Of a stretch of DNA of 64,000 bases, positions 1 to 11,600 are shown in pieces (positions within the stretch are counted from its first letter, which is position 1; the number at the start of each line of letters is the position of its first letter). Made by a program: the position numbers and the translations under genes. The notes under the pieces were generated by a model. The model saw only the letters and a program-made list of their open reading frames with translations, made no database searches and had not been told where the DNA came from. The stretch is from a virus (Duplodnaviria; Caudoviricetes): positions 32,001-96,000 of the IMG/VR virus record IMGVR_UViG_3300033073_000738; one strand, given 5' to 3'.

Positions 1-1890
1 AACTGTTTCATAGGTGTGTTTGTGCACTATAAAGACAAATCTATCTCTAGGTTGTTTGTTATACACGGGGACCAGAATGATTTCCCACAGATGGTTAAGT
101 TCCTTAACGACTGTGTAAAACATAACCAATGGCATATCTCTTATAACGGACTTGCATTTGACGCTCAGATTACTCAGTGGATGATTAGCAACTCTAAAGG
201 TCTGCTCTCTCTTCCCACTGACTTACTCATTAAAGAGATATACGGAAAAGCTCAAGACATCATCGACAGAAGCAACCAGGGTATGTTTCAACAATACAGA
301 CCCGACCAGATCAAAGTGAGGCAGATTGACTTGTTCAAAATGAACCACTGGGATAACAAAGCTAAGATGAGCAGTCTCAAATGGATCCAGTATAGTATGA
401 ACTGGGAGAACGTTGAAGAGATGCCTCACAAGCATTCAGATCCTGTAGAAGATGATGAGACCCTCAAGAAGGTGATTGAGTATTGCTACAATGACGTTTA
501 TAGCACACAACATATCCTTGAGCACAGTAAAGAGCAGATACAACTACGCCAGACACTCACCAAAGAATACGGCATAGACTTATATTCTGCATCAGAGCCC
601 AGGATATCAAAAGAACTGTTTCTTCATTTTCTTAGTCAGAAGCTTGATATACCTAAAACAGATATCAAAGCAATGAGAACACCTAGACCCATCATCTATT
701 TGGGTCAGTGTATTCTACCCTACGTATCGTTTAAAACACCTGAGTTCCAAGGTGTTCTGAACTACTTTCAAACAAAGGTGATTACATCTACAAAGGACGA
801 CTTCGAGTATATCCTTGACTACAAAGGTGTACAAACCAAGTACAAACTGGGTGGCATACACGGTGCTATCAAAGCCGGCATCTATGAAGCTAAAAACGGG
901 TATACGATTGTTACATCAGATGTGACATCATTCTACCCCAACCTGGCTATTAAGAATGGTTTTCATCCTCAGCATCTTCCTAAGAAAGAGTTCTGTGAAC
1001 TGTATGAGTGGTTCTTTGAGGAACGTAAAAAGATACCCAAATCAGACCCCAGGAACTATGTGTACAAGATCATTCTGAACAGCACCTATGGTTTAACAGG
1101 TGACGAAAACTCTTTCCTGTTTGACCCTAAGATGACTATGCAGATAACTATCAACGGGCAGCTGTTGATAAGCATGTTGTATGAGATGTTAGCAGAAAGG
1201 ATTCCAGAAGCTATACCGCTGATGCAAAACACAGATGGTATAGAAATGATGATACCTGAAAGCAAACTCGATGAATACATGCAGATCTGTGACGAATGGT
1301 GTCTTCTTACCAAGCTTAGTCTTGAGCATGACTACTATTCCAAAATGGTCATACGCAATGTCAACAACTACATAGCGGTCTACAAAAATGGTAAGGTGAA
1401 ATGCAAAGGTGCTTACGAATGGGAAGACCTAGAGAAAAAGAAAGTTTCTGTCTTTCACAAGAACAAAAGCTTTCTCATTATACCCAAAACCATATTTGCC
1501 TATTTCGTAAATGGTATAAAGCCTGAAGACTATATCAGTGGAAACAAAGACATCTTTGATTTCTGTGCCGGTATAAAAGCAAAAGGTGGTTGGTATTTCG
1601 AAGAAAGATATATAAGGCAAGGAGAGCTTTTTAACCGTAGACTTCAAAAGATAGTAAGGTATTACATAAGTAACTCTGGTAGCAAGATTATCAAATGCAA
1701 CCCAGATGGTAGAAACATACAGGTAGAAGCCGGTGAATGGTTACAGACAGTTGTAAACGAAGTGCACCCAGATGAACCATTTGAGAACTATGATATTAAT
1801 TTCAAGTACTATCTGGAAGAAGTGTACAAGGAGATCAATGAAATAGAGAAGCACAAATTTCAACACAGTCGTCAACTTTCTTTATTCTGA
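1..1890 (+). CDS. polB: Family B DNA polymerase (crAss-like PolB), 5' end probably outside the window
   Basis: ExoII YNGLAFD, ExoIII YCYND, motif A SDVTSFYPN, motif B YKIILNSTYG, motif C NTDG. Frame is open back to base 1 and ExoI is not seen. C-terminus is QLSLF. Confidence 0.95.
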   Translation, partial: NCFIGVFVHYKDKSISRLFVIHGDQNDFPQMVKFLNDCVKHNQWHISYNGLAFDAQITQWMISNSKGLLSLPTDLLIKEIYGKAQDIIDRSNQGMFQQYRPDQIKVRQIDLFKMNHWDNKAKMSSLKWIQYSMNWENVEEMPHKHSDPVEDDETLKKVIEYCYNDVYSTQHILEHSKEQIQLRQTLTKEYGIDLYSASEPRISKELFLHFLSQKLDIPKTDIKAMRTPRPIIYLGQCILPYVSFKTPEFQGVLNYFQTKVITSTKDDFEYILDYKGVQTKYKLGGIHGAIKAGIYEAKNGYTIVTSDVTSFYPNLAIKNGFHPQHLPKKEFCELYEWFFEERKKIPKSDPRNYVYKIILNSTYGLTGDENSFLFDPKMTMQITINGQLLISMLYEMLAERIPEAIPLMQNTDGIEMMIPESKLDEYMQICDEWCLLTKLSLEHDYYSKMVIRNVNNYIAVYKNGKVKCKGAYEWEDLEKKKVSVFHKNKSFLIIPKTIFAYFVNGIKPEDYISGNKDIFDFCAGIKAKGGWYFEERYIRQGELFNRRLQKIVRYYISNSGSKIIKCNPDGRNIQVEAGEWLQTVVNEVHPDEPFENYDINFKYYLEEVYKEINEIEKHKFQHSRQLSLF

Positions 1891-1891
1891 C

Positions 1892-2227
1892 ATGGACGAC
1901 AAAGGAACTATTGGGGAACTCTTCATGTGCGTTATGCAACACATGAAATGTATAGAAGTTAGAATAGAATGTTGCAAAGCTTTGTTGAGTCAAAAGCAAA
2001 AGTATGCAATGGGTCAAGCATTAAGGAAGGTGGAAACAGCTATTGATAATATCTGTGACCTCCTTCCCGACTCATCAGCTGTTAGAATGGTCAAAAAAGA
2101 GCTTGACAATCCTAACCTTGTATATGTGATGTTACTTACAGAAAAATTTAGTGCTCTCACACCAGATGAGCTAGAAGAAATTGACCAAATTTTAGAAGAT
2201 TTCATTATTAAAAAACGCAATCTATGA
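1892..2227 (+). CDS. Hypothetical helical protein
   Basis: 111-aa ORF packed between polB and the dNMP kinase, with an ATGA overlap downstream. Confidence 0.75.
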   Translation: MDDKGTIGELFMCVMQHMKCIEVRIECCKALLSQKQKYAMGQALRKVETAIDNICDLLPDSSAVRMVKKELDNPNLVYVMLLTEKFSALTPDELEEIDQILEDFIIKKRNL

Positions 2228-2865
2228 TTATTGGTATCAACGGTTACTCTGGATCCGGTAAAGACTTAACAGGTCAAATCATCCAAAAGCTCACAGCTAA
2301 AGAAAATTATGGTTACCTAGAAAACACCTGGGAAATCAAGAAGTGGGCCGGTAAACTAAAGACTATAGCTTCTATTCTTACGGGTATACCTGTAGACAAG
2401 TTTGAAGACGAGAAGTTCAAAAAGACTAAACTACCCAGGTGCTGGGATATTGAAGATTCTTATGGTGTAGGTGCAACTTATGGTAATGATTTTGACCATG
2501 ACGATATTGATATTCCGTATGAACGCAGAATGTCAGTACGTGAATTCCTACAAAGACTTGGAACTGAAGCAATGAGAGAAACACTTCATGAGGATACTTG
2601 GGTGAATGCTCTAATGGCTGACTACAATAAGAAATGCAACTGGGTAATTACTGATACAAGATTTCATAACGAAGCTTACGCTATCAAAAAGAAAGGTGGC
2701 ATCATCATTCGTATAGATCGTCCTGGTGTTAGACCTACTAATGATCATGTTTCAGAGACCAGCTTAGATAATTGGAATTTTGATTACAAGATTCTAAACG
2801 CATCAGATATTGTATCACTTACTGCTACTGTGTCAAATATTCTGAAAAAGGAAAAGCTTTTATAA
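2224..2865 (+). CDS. Deoxynucleoside monophosphate kinase (T4 gp1-like)
   Basis: N-terminal P-loop IIGINGYSGSGKD, REFLQRLGTE, VITDTRFHNE, HVSE motifs. Confidence 0.9.
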   Translation: MIIGINGYSGSGKDLTGQIIQKLTAKENYGYLENTWEIKKWAGKLKTIASILTGIPVDKFEDEKFKKTKLPRCWDIEDSYGVGATYGNDFDHDDIDIPYERRMSVREFLQRLGTEAMRETLHEDTWVNALMADYNKKCNWVITDTRFHNEAYAIKKKGGIIIRIDRPGVRPTNDHVSETSLDNWNFDYKILNASDIVSLTATVSNILKKEKLL

Positions 2866-2884
2866 ATCACAAAATCTCTCTTAT

Positions 2885-3121
2885 ATGAAAGACAAATGCA
2901 TCATGTGCAACAAAGAAACTCTCTTTGACGTAAACGACCATATCGACATGAGGTATGGGTATATAGAAGGAGCCGGTCAACTCTGTATTGATTGCTATTG
3001 CGACAAAACATCCATGACATCACAGATCACAATCCCTAAAGAACTTATTCTGAACGTTTCTAACGACCAGGAACTAGGTGGTATAGTTAGGAACCTATTT
3101 TACAAACACTTAAATCATTAA
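2885..3121 (+). CDS. Hypothetical small protein with two CxxC pairs
   Basis: CIMC ... CIDC; ATG start, co-oriented in the operon. Confidence 0.7.
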   Translation: MKDKCIMCNKETLFDVNDHIDMRYGYIEGAGQLCIDCYCDKTSMTSQITIPKELILNVSNDQELGGIVRNLFYKHLNH

Positions 3122-3124
3122 GCT

Positions 3125-3349
3125 ATGTCGATTTCCAAATCTGATATAGTTACTATTGTTCTTGCTGTTTTGTTCATTTCCATTATGTCATGCCCCTTGA
3201 CTAATCATCAAGGGGCTGACTTTTCTACTCAGAATGTAGACAGCCTTGAGAAACAATGGTATCTAAAACAATTAGAATCATATCCTTACGATCACAGTAA
3301 AATACCTACAGATGACAGCAACCCTACAATTCAATCTTCCAGAAGATAA
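3125..3349 (+). CDS. Hypothetical protein with N-terminal hydrophobic segment (possible lipoprotein)
   Basis: IVTIVLAVLFISIMSC hydrophobic stretch ending in Cys. Confidence 0.6.
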   Translation: MSISKSDIVTIVLAVLFISIMSCPLTNHQGADFSTQNVDSLEKQWYLKQLESYPYDHSKIPTDDSNPTIQSSRR

Positions 3350-3533
3350 TGAAGAATTTCAGTTTGCAATAAATGGAACCAAATGGCACTCTGTCCTATG
3401 GGAATTAGACCAGGACCTCAGAGCAAAGATCAAACACGACGATTCATTGACAAATGATTACCATTCTGCACTTGAAGATACTCGAATGAAAATCAATGAG
3501 TTAATGCATGACTATAACATTTCTTTCGACTGA
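3312..3533 (+). CDS. Hypothetical phage protein
   Basis: 73-aa ORF, ATLQFNLPED...WELDQDLR pattern resembling common small phage proteins. Confidence 0.7.
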   Translation: MTATLQFNLPEDNEEFQFAINGTKWHSVLWELDQDLRAKIKHDDSLTNDYHSALEDTRMKINELMHDYNISFD

Positions 3534-3587
3534 GTCTTGTAGAACTCAACCGAAGTCTCTATTTTAGTTCTCTAAATGTAGAACTAT

Positions 3588-3698
3588 ATGAAACGAGCCA
3601 ACTGGACTTTTATTGCAACTTGGGTATTTATTTTAGCTATCACCTCTGTCATGTGGTGGTGCGTTATTAAAATATTGACAGATATATGGTCAAAGTAA
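3588..3698 (+). CDS. Small membrane peptide (36 aa), not in the ORF track
   Basis: Hand translation MKRANWTFIATWVFILAITSVMWWCVIKILTDIWSK*. Fills the gap and has a single TM-like segment. Confidence 0.6.
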   Translation: MKRANWTFIATWVFILAITSVMWWCVIKILTDIWSK

Positions 3699-4114
3699 GT
3701 TTTGATTTTGATGAAACTCTTTCTAGAAAAGAGGTACAAGAATACGCAAAAGAGCTATTAGATCAAGGTATAGAAGTGTGGGTGGTAACCACCCGGTGGG
3801 ACGAGAACCATAAGCACAAATACGATTTCAATCCCACTTTAGACGATCTGTGGGAAGTAGTAGACAAACTGGGTATACCCAGACATCATGTAAGATTCAC
3901 CTGTATGGAATGGAAACATACTTATCTAGATGGTACCAACTTTATCTGGCACCTGGATGACAACCCCAGTGAATTTTCTGCTGCAAAAAACAATGGATGT
4001 AACGTTCCCATGATACAAGTAGACAGTAACGGTTGGATGCTGAAATGTAACCGGTTATTAAACAACGCTATAAACGCTATTGAAAATGGAGATAACAAGT
4101 ACCAAGACTTGTAA
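3686..4114 (+). CDS. HAD-superfamily phosphatase-like protein
   Basis: Motif I VSFDFDETL, motif II VVTTR, a Lys, and motif IV HLDD. Confidence 0.8.
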   Translation: MVKVSFDFDETLSRKEVQEYAKELLDQGIEVWVVTTRWDENHKHKYDFNPTLDDLWEVVDKLGIPRHHVRFTCMEWKHTYLDGTNFIWHLDDNPSEFSAAKNNGCNVPMIQVDSNGWMLKCNRLLNNAINAIENGDNKYQDL

Positions 4115-4250
4115 AATTTGTCACAAAGAAAAAGAACTCTATTGGTTTCACAAGAACATTCGCAGACCTGATGGGAAGAGTTATATGTGTCGCGTTTGTT
4201 GGTCTAGATATATAAGAAGATGGAGAACTAAAAAAGCAAAACGATTATGA
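4086..4250 (+). CDS. Small zinc-finger protein (54 aa), not in the ORF track
   Basis: Hand translation MEITSTKTCKICHKEKELYWFHKNIRRPDGKSYMCRVCWSRYIRRWRTKKAKRL*. ATGA overlap with the next gene. Confidence 0.7.
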   Translation: MEITSTKTCKICHKEKELYWFHKNIRRPDGKSYMCRVCWSRYIRRWRTKKAKRL

Positions 4251-4630
4251 CTAATTTCACTATTGATTTTTTTGAACTAAGCTTCTTAGCAGAAGCCTGT
4301 ATACCACCCAGACCTATTGCCAGAGCTTGTTTCTGGATCAATCTCACTGATAAATACTGGGCCCAGATGACAGAAAATGAGAGAGCTAGACTCTATGAGT
4401 GGCTGAACAGAAACATTCGTTATGAAGAAAGCCTGAAAGAAGAAGAAGACACCCAGATATTTGATGCCAGGTTCAATCCAAATAACCAGTATATGGTGTC
4501 TTATGATAAAGGTGATGAGAAAGGTACAGTGAGAGCATTCTTAAGAAACGATACATACTGGGTAGGTACAACAAAGTATATAACAGAAGAGTATATCACA
4601 AGTATTGAAAAACTAAATCTTACAGTATGA
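4247..4630 (+). CDS. Hypothetical protein
   Basis: 127-aa ORF with ATGA overlaps at both ends. Confidence 0.75.
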   Translation: MTNFTIDFFELSFLAEACIPPRPIARACFWINLTDKYWAQMTENERARLYEWLNRNIRYEESLKEEEDTQIFDARFNPNNQYMVSYDKGDEKGTVRAFLRNDTYWVGTTKYITEEYITSIEKLNLTV

Positions 4631-5172
4631 TCTTAAGTGACAAGACTATCCTTCATGAGCTAAGATGGGGTAACGTTATTATCGACCCCTTTGAACCTAA
4701 GAACCTAAATCCTAACAGTGTTGATCTTACGCTGGCTCCTCACTTCAAACGTTATGTAGCTGATATCCTTGACACTCGTAAACCTAACGAGACTGAAGAG
4801 TTTGTCATTCCAGAAGAAGGCTACGTACTTATTCCAGGTGAAGTGTATCTATACGCCTGTAATGAGCGTATAGGGGTGAAAGATAACATCCGTGCCAAAG
4901 TAGAAGGTAAGTCTAGTCTGGGTAGACTGGGGTTGTTTGTCCATGTAACAGCTGGGTTCATAGACACCGGGTTTGTAGGTAGTCTTGTATTAGAGCTTGT
5001 AGCTACAAGACCTATTCGCATCTACCCTAATATGAAGATTTGTCAAGTAGAATTTGCTAGAGTAGAAGGTGAAATTATGGAAACCTATGATAAGAAACTG
5101 GGATCCAAGTACATGAATCAAACTGGAGTTCAAGAATCCTTAATGCACAAGAACTTTGATAAAAATGAGTGA
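4627..5172 (+). CDS. dcd: dCTP deaminase
   Basis: MILSD start, PNSVDLTL, EGKSSLGRLGL, TAGFIDTGFVG, LVLEL, KICQ, SKY.NQ motifs. Confidence 0.93.
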   Translation: MILSDKTILHELRWGNVIIDPFEPKNLNPNSVDLTLAPHFKRYVADILDTRKPNETEEFVIPEEGYVLIPGEVYLYACNERIGVKDNIRAKVEGKSSLGRLGLFVHVTAGFIDTGFVGSLVLELVATRPIRIYPNMKICQVEFARVEGEIMETYDKKLGSKYMNQTGVQESLMHKNFDKNE

Positions 5173-5608
5173 GCAAACAAAGAAAACAGCGTTGTACCTT
5201 GACGACGTCCGAACACCTACTGAAACTCTCCCTGGTTACAATGAATGGAACATAGTGAGAAACTACGATGAGTTTGTAAACTGGATTACCAATAATGGCA
5301 TACCAGATCTCATCAGTTTTGACCACGACCTTTCTAAAGAACATACAGACGACTACTTTTCACAAATCTCTCTCTATGGATTTCAATATCCAACTTATGA
5401 AAAGTATCAAGAGAAAACGGGCCTCGACTGTGCAAAATGGTTGGTAGAACACATACAAGCCAATGACTTAGTATTGAAGTCTTGCTGTATACATTCACAC
5501 AACCCCGTAGGTAGCCAGAATATTCACAGCTATCTCAACGGTTTTAAGAAGCACATGGGGTGGCAACAGGATTGTTTCATGATGAAACATCCCTTTACAA
5601 TCGGGTAA
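5165..5608 (+). CDS. Cyclic-phosphate-processing receiver (cREC)-like domain protein
   Basis: LYLDDVRTP, ISFDHDL, TGLDCAKWL, IHSHNPVG motifs. ATG at 5165 preferred over TTG at 5156. Confidence 0.8.
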   Translation: MSEQTKKTALYLDDVRTPTETLPGYNEWNIVRNYDEFVNWITNNGIPDLISFDHDLSKEHTDDYFSQISLYGFQYPTYEKYQEKTGLDCAKWLVEHIQANDLVLKSCCIHSHNPVGSQNIHSYLNGFKKHMGWQQDCFMMKHPFTIG

Positions 5609-5630
5609 GTTAAAGAGAAAATAGAAACAA

Positions 5631-5663
5631 GAAAGGCACCAGTAAAATGGTGCCTTCTCTTTT
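5631..5663. terminator. Probable bidirectional intrinsic terminator at the convergence of the two genome arms
   Basis: Stem aaggcacca/tggtgcctt with a 6-nt loop, T-rich tract on the right and A-rich tract on the left. Confidence 0.85.
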
Positions 5664-8600
5664 TTATCTATTCAGTGATTCAAATCCTTTCACCGCATCT
5701 ATTGGGTGGAACGTCTTACCTGTATATCCAGAGAATGAGTTCACAATCTCTGCCAGTAATTTGGAATCACCTTCATCTTTCAAACCACTCTGGTCAACGT
5801 CTTTCTGGTAGTACAATTGTTTCTGATAGTCAAAACCTGGTAGTACATCAAGTGTATGAGATATCATCAAATTACCCATCTTGATGTATGAATTAGCTTC
5901 ACTCAAAAGCATAGACGGGTTGGACCAAATACGTTTTAATTCTTGAATATTGAATCCAGGTAGGAACTGTTCAGTCTCAGATTTCACTTTCAACAAAACA
6001 TAAAGAGCACTCTGACTACCCCATGATTTCTTACGCAGCTTTTTGAAACGATCCGGGTCATCTGGGTCGTAACCAAGTGCAAGATGATAGAGCAGTATAA
6101 TTGATAACACAAATCCGGCATCTGCAAGAGACTTCTTAATAGCTCTCTTTTCGTGTTCAGAATAGTTGTTCCAGTTAGCCACTATATTCAGCTTCATCTT
6201 GGCAATGTCTTTTACAAATGTCCTAAAGAACGTCAGATAAAAGCCTTCTTCTACAGACATGGATTCGTAGTTAACACGACGAACCCCGAGACGATTCAAA
6301 CCAAGAGGTATGAAGTACTTTCTGAAGAAGAACATCATACGACCAATACTGGTCTTCTCAGCATATGTCTTGTCTATCTTTGCATAAGAACCGTTTATCT
6401 TCTTCTGCATGGCATGCAACTTAGCCACATAGTCGCTGAACTGCTGAGATCCAAATTCAAAAACATCTTTGAATTGGTCTTTTACAACAAGCTTACCCTG
6501 CTTGTCCAGCTCCATGACGTCTAACAAATTCGTGTCTAATGCGTCAAATTCTTTCAGAGCTTCCAGACGTTTGTTTGTAATCTCTTCTAAAGACATGTTT
6601 TCACGGTCCCCCAGTTTCTCATTGACAAAGGTTTCTTTATCAATCATCTTACCCTGATACACTTTGATGTTTTTAAGAAAAGAGATGAATGCACTAGACT
6701 GAATCTCCCACTCACCAAATATCTTACCTGAGAATATACCCAGCTGAAAAGGATTCTTGACCTTAGAGAAGTTAGTGTTATGACCATACTCATTCTCAAA
6801 CTCACCCTGTATAGGGTCGAACACTTCAAACACTTGACCCCAGAAAGAACGATTACCCAGTTTACCATAGTCTGCCATCATATCATTTACTACAGATCCA
6901 TGTTTATCGTCCCCTTTAAAGAGCATTGCTTTATCTCTTGTAAACTGTGACATGTTAAAATACTGTCCGCCGGCAGCTTCTACAATGTTTTGTATGTTAC
7001 CAGACATCCAGTTAACCGTCCAGTTAAAAGGTGCTATACCCAGGGTGGTATAACTGGTCAATGCCATAAGCTGTGACACGGTCTTTTGTGTATTAACGCC
7101 TAATACGTCAAACCCTTTAAAATACTCCTCGTTGTACATCACAGAGTTTATAAAGCTCCTGAGCACTTCAAGACGAGTGTTACCCCCTTCGTTGATCTTT
7201 TGTTTAAGTTCTGGCATATACTTCTTAAACACTTTGTTGATCACCATGTTGGACGCCTCACTCTTAGGTTGATTCTGGGTATCTGCCAATATTTCCTCGA
7301 GACCGTTAACGAATGCCAGCTCTTTCTCAAGCTCTTTCTTACGGTTTATAGAAGCGTTATAGTTGAGAAACCCTGACCACACGTTATAAGACGCGTTTTC
7401 AGCCTCACCACGGCGAGAAAATCTCACCGGTACAAACTTAGCTTGATTGTTATCTATGGTCGCCATAAGCTGTAAATCGCTTATAGAAGACTCTGAGGTA
7501 CCTGTCTGGTCAATATCCTGGTCTGTACGGCTGAATTTCCGCCTTATACCCTGTATAATAGACTCAGCTCGGCTATTTACCCCCTGTTTGATATTCTCAC
7601 CCTTGGTCTCAATAGTACGCTCAGTGAGGGTCTTTTCCATAAAGGGTACAGCTAACCCCAATCTCTGGGAAAGTTCGATGTCTTCCTGTGCAGCCAGGGT
7701 GCTTGTGCTGATATATAATAGATTTTCATAATCTACTTTCTCAGCAGCTGTAGCTGTCTTGTTCCTCATCTTGGTTTCCAGATCTACGAAATCTTTCAGC
7801 CTATAAGGATGGTCTACACCATATTGCTTTCTGTAAACATCGTTAGCTTTTGGCTTGAACCTATTGAGAACATCTCTATTCTCGTTGTTCATTAGTTGTA
7901 CCTCCTCCCCTTTCTCGTTGGTATAGCTTTCTTTCATTACCCGTTTACGATACTGTAACCCAGGTTTTCTATCCAGATATTTAGCGTTGGGTTCAAATCT
8001 CTTCCAGGCATATATGGGGCTTTCGCTTTTCTTTACATCTTCGTCATCCTCGTAGAGCTTGAAATACTCAATGTTATGATTCTCTAGGTACCAAGGTGTA
8101 TTGGTAAATTCCTCATACAAGGATGCATCTTCATTTAGCTCATCTACACTTATACCCCTGGCTTCTGCAAACAGCTCCATTTGGTGCTGCATCTCTTCGA
8201 TGTAATACTTACTCTCAGACATTGTACGCATTGTACCAAGTTCGGCGTTGATCTCTTTCAACCTGGCAACTTTCAATGCATAGTCAGGGTCTGATTCAGA
8301 TCTTAGAAGACGTCTCACCTCAGCTTCTTTATGTATACTTGCTATAAGGTATTTGTTATACGGATGACCCAGCTTTTTCTTCATGTTCTCTTTAGCCAGG
8401 GTTTCCTGCTCTTCAGGTGTGTAACCATTGATACTGATGTTGTCACTACTGTCCATGAGAGAAGTACGCTCTTCTTCAAGCTGCTTCATCTTTATCTTCT
8501 TTTCAGAAGACATCAATTGAGCTTTGACTATACCATCTCTGTCCTTATAAGGACGTGTAAGTAGATTCAATTCTCTGTTTACCTCGGCAAGCTTTACAGA

Positions 8601-11600
8601 TTCTGTATTTTGCAATATAGCAGCCTTCTCATCAAGAAGCTCTTGCATACGTTGAAAATACTCATCTTTGATAGAAACCACTGTGTTCAACTCAAGCCAT
8701 TTCTTATACTGCTTGCTATTCTCACCCAGTTCAAGTTTCTTCTTATCATCTATCTTACGGAACATCTCCTCATCAATATAGTCGTCATAAAGCTTCTTAG
8801 AGTTTTCTTCATACTTCTCCAAAGCTTCGGCAATCTTTAGAGCATCCCCGGTCTTCATCTTATTCTTACTGTCCCGTTTTTCTTTTAGAGAGTAATATCT
8901 CTCCCATACTGATTTGATATCCTCTAGGTCAGAAGGAGATATTTCACCAGAAGCCCAGGCTTCTTTAGAATATTGCACCTGTATTTTCCTCAGGTCATCA
9001 AAAATGGCCCCTGTTATCTCACGTATTGTCTTGGTCTCTCCCTGGAAACTAACTGTCTGCTCAAGAGGAGCTGTCAGTTTATAATACTCTTCTGTATACT
9101 GTGACTCAAAATACTTCAGCTCAAAATCCTTCTTGGCTTTCTTAGCTGCTTTGATCTTGTCTTTGTCTTTCTCAGTCTCAGCATCTACCAGATTCTTCTG
9201 CAGAACAGCATAGTCATAATAAAGACGCTCGTCAAACTCACTCTTGAAGAACATCTGCTGCATCTCTTTACCATTATATGGATTGAGTACAGTGGTTATA
9301 TACACCAAACTTTCGTTCATCTTCTTTTGGTCAAGACCTCTGCCATACACTTGAGCACGCTTATTAAACTCAACTGAAGTGTTATCCCTCAGTTCTTTAT
9401 TCATCAAACGAACTCTGTCCAGGGTGGCTTTTAACTTCTTTGCAGCACCTGCTAATATGATATCAGGGTTGGATATTGTAGCTACAAGTTTACCAAAGAA
9501 CCAACCCACATCACCCTTGTCACCTTTTAAGAAATCAGTTATAACTGCTTCACTGGGTAGGTCAGCCATTTCTTGACGCAGTTTCTCCTCGAGTTTTTTG
9601 TCACCCCTTTGTTTGACAGCGACAATCATCTCTTGATACTCCCCTTTAAGATTACCTATAAGGTCATCAGAAAAACTGGTCTGCAACATCTTAGCAATAG
9701 TGGGCTCAATACTTGCAACATAGTCTTTACGAATCGCCTGGATAACCCCTATCAGTTTAGTAAGATGACTTACCACCGGATTATTCTGGTCAGTTGTTTC
9801 CATGTATCCCAGTAGCTCTTCAAACATTGTCTGATAACCAATAAGAAAATCTCTCATCTTACTGAGCTCATTTAACCTTTGACTTGCTGACTTGGTATCT
9901 GTAGGAGTAGTATTACGAAGCTCCTCAAAAGCTTTACTTACAGACTCTATTACAGGCACTGATAGATCCAGAACAGATAGAAAGTTCTTCTGTATCATCT
10001 CCATCTTGGACGCATCGTCGTTTTCCAACATACTTTCGAGTGTGGTCTTCAAGATGTCCTCTTGTACTCTCAGACTATTGGTTCTTGTACGTTGGTCAGT
10101 AATGAGGTCAAGTATCTTTTGTGCGTCCTTGTTCTTGGTAACAAAGTTTCTGAGCTGCTCCAAACGAGCTGTAGATTTTGTAAAAGCTTTCATAAGCTTT
10201 TCTCTGCTCATCTTATTCAGAAACGCCAACCGCTCATCAGGAGTAAGCTCTACTGTTTCACTATTAGCATCTTTATCCAGGTCAAGATTGGGAAACAAAT
10301 GGTTACCCAAACGAGTATCAAACTTAGAAGGAGGCATTTTCTCTACAGCAAACTTGTCAATCATGTTGGTCTTCTCATCCAACATATAGGGTATACCAAT
10401 GATCGCTGTATCACCCACGTTAAACCCGGCTTCCATAAGAAGCTTCTTGTATAAGGTAAGCTGCTGACCCCATTTATCAACCAGTCGACGTTTCTTGTTC
10501 TTGAGTTCATTCAATACACCAGGTTCATTCTTTACCCCGTCTTTTGACAAGAGTCGTATAACACTATGGAACTCCTCCAAAATAGTGTCTTTGTTGTCAG
10601 CTCTCTTTCTTAGATACTTGTTCTTAAAGTCATATATCTCAAGACTACCGTCAGGACGAATACGAATGATGTCAATGATGCCACCCATTTTAGAGTTACC
10701 TACAGCCACCTCATTAAGAAGTATAGACCCGTCGCTACGTAGCTCTTTAAGTACATCAACAATACCGTCTTTACCGAATATCATCTTGTTCAATGTCTTA
10801 CGGTCCATCATATTAAAGACAGCACTCAATATCTTGTTCACCTCTTCACCCATATCGTTGAGGTCAATACCTTGGTCTTTGTTAATCTCTTCAATGATTC
10901 TATGCATCGCTGTACCAAAAAGAGTCTTTCTCTTGTTCTCAGATGCCATAAAGAGAAGGTCAACTATCCGGGTAGAATTGTTGGTCATCTTTAACAACTC
11001 TTCCTTTGTAATAGCCTGGTTACTTATCTTGTCTGTAATCAGATCTACCAATGCACGAGCCACCTTTTTGTTGTCACCTAAGTCACCGGTGCTAAGCATT
11101 GTCAAGTCATCAAAATAGAGATCTTCAAAGCTGTCAAGAATAGATTCAATAACAACCGGGTCTTCTAATTCAGAGGTGAAGTCAGAACCCAAGGAGGCTG
11201 TTACAGAACGCAACAAACTACCTTTAACTGTTTTGGTTGTCTTATTACCCTGGTTATCTGTGATAGTCATGTCAAACTCTTCATCAGATGATGCATCAGC
11301 TTTCACAAGCATGTGCTTGTCTTCATCAAATGCTATGCTCGAGTTGAACTGTAGTATCTTCTGAAGAGTCTCTTTCTGCTTTTCATTCATGTTCTGAGCC
11401 TCATAAAAAGCTTTATCTTCATCAGACATCTGATTGTATATCTCATTACTGTTCAGGTTAAGATTGAGGTTGTCAATCTGCTCACTCATGAACATCTCTT
11501 TGAGAATCTCAATAGGGTCACGTTGTATCTTCTTACCCTTGATCCATTCTAATATCTTCTTTACAAGCTTTGTAATGAAGTTATCTTCCGTCTCACGACC

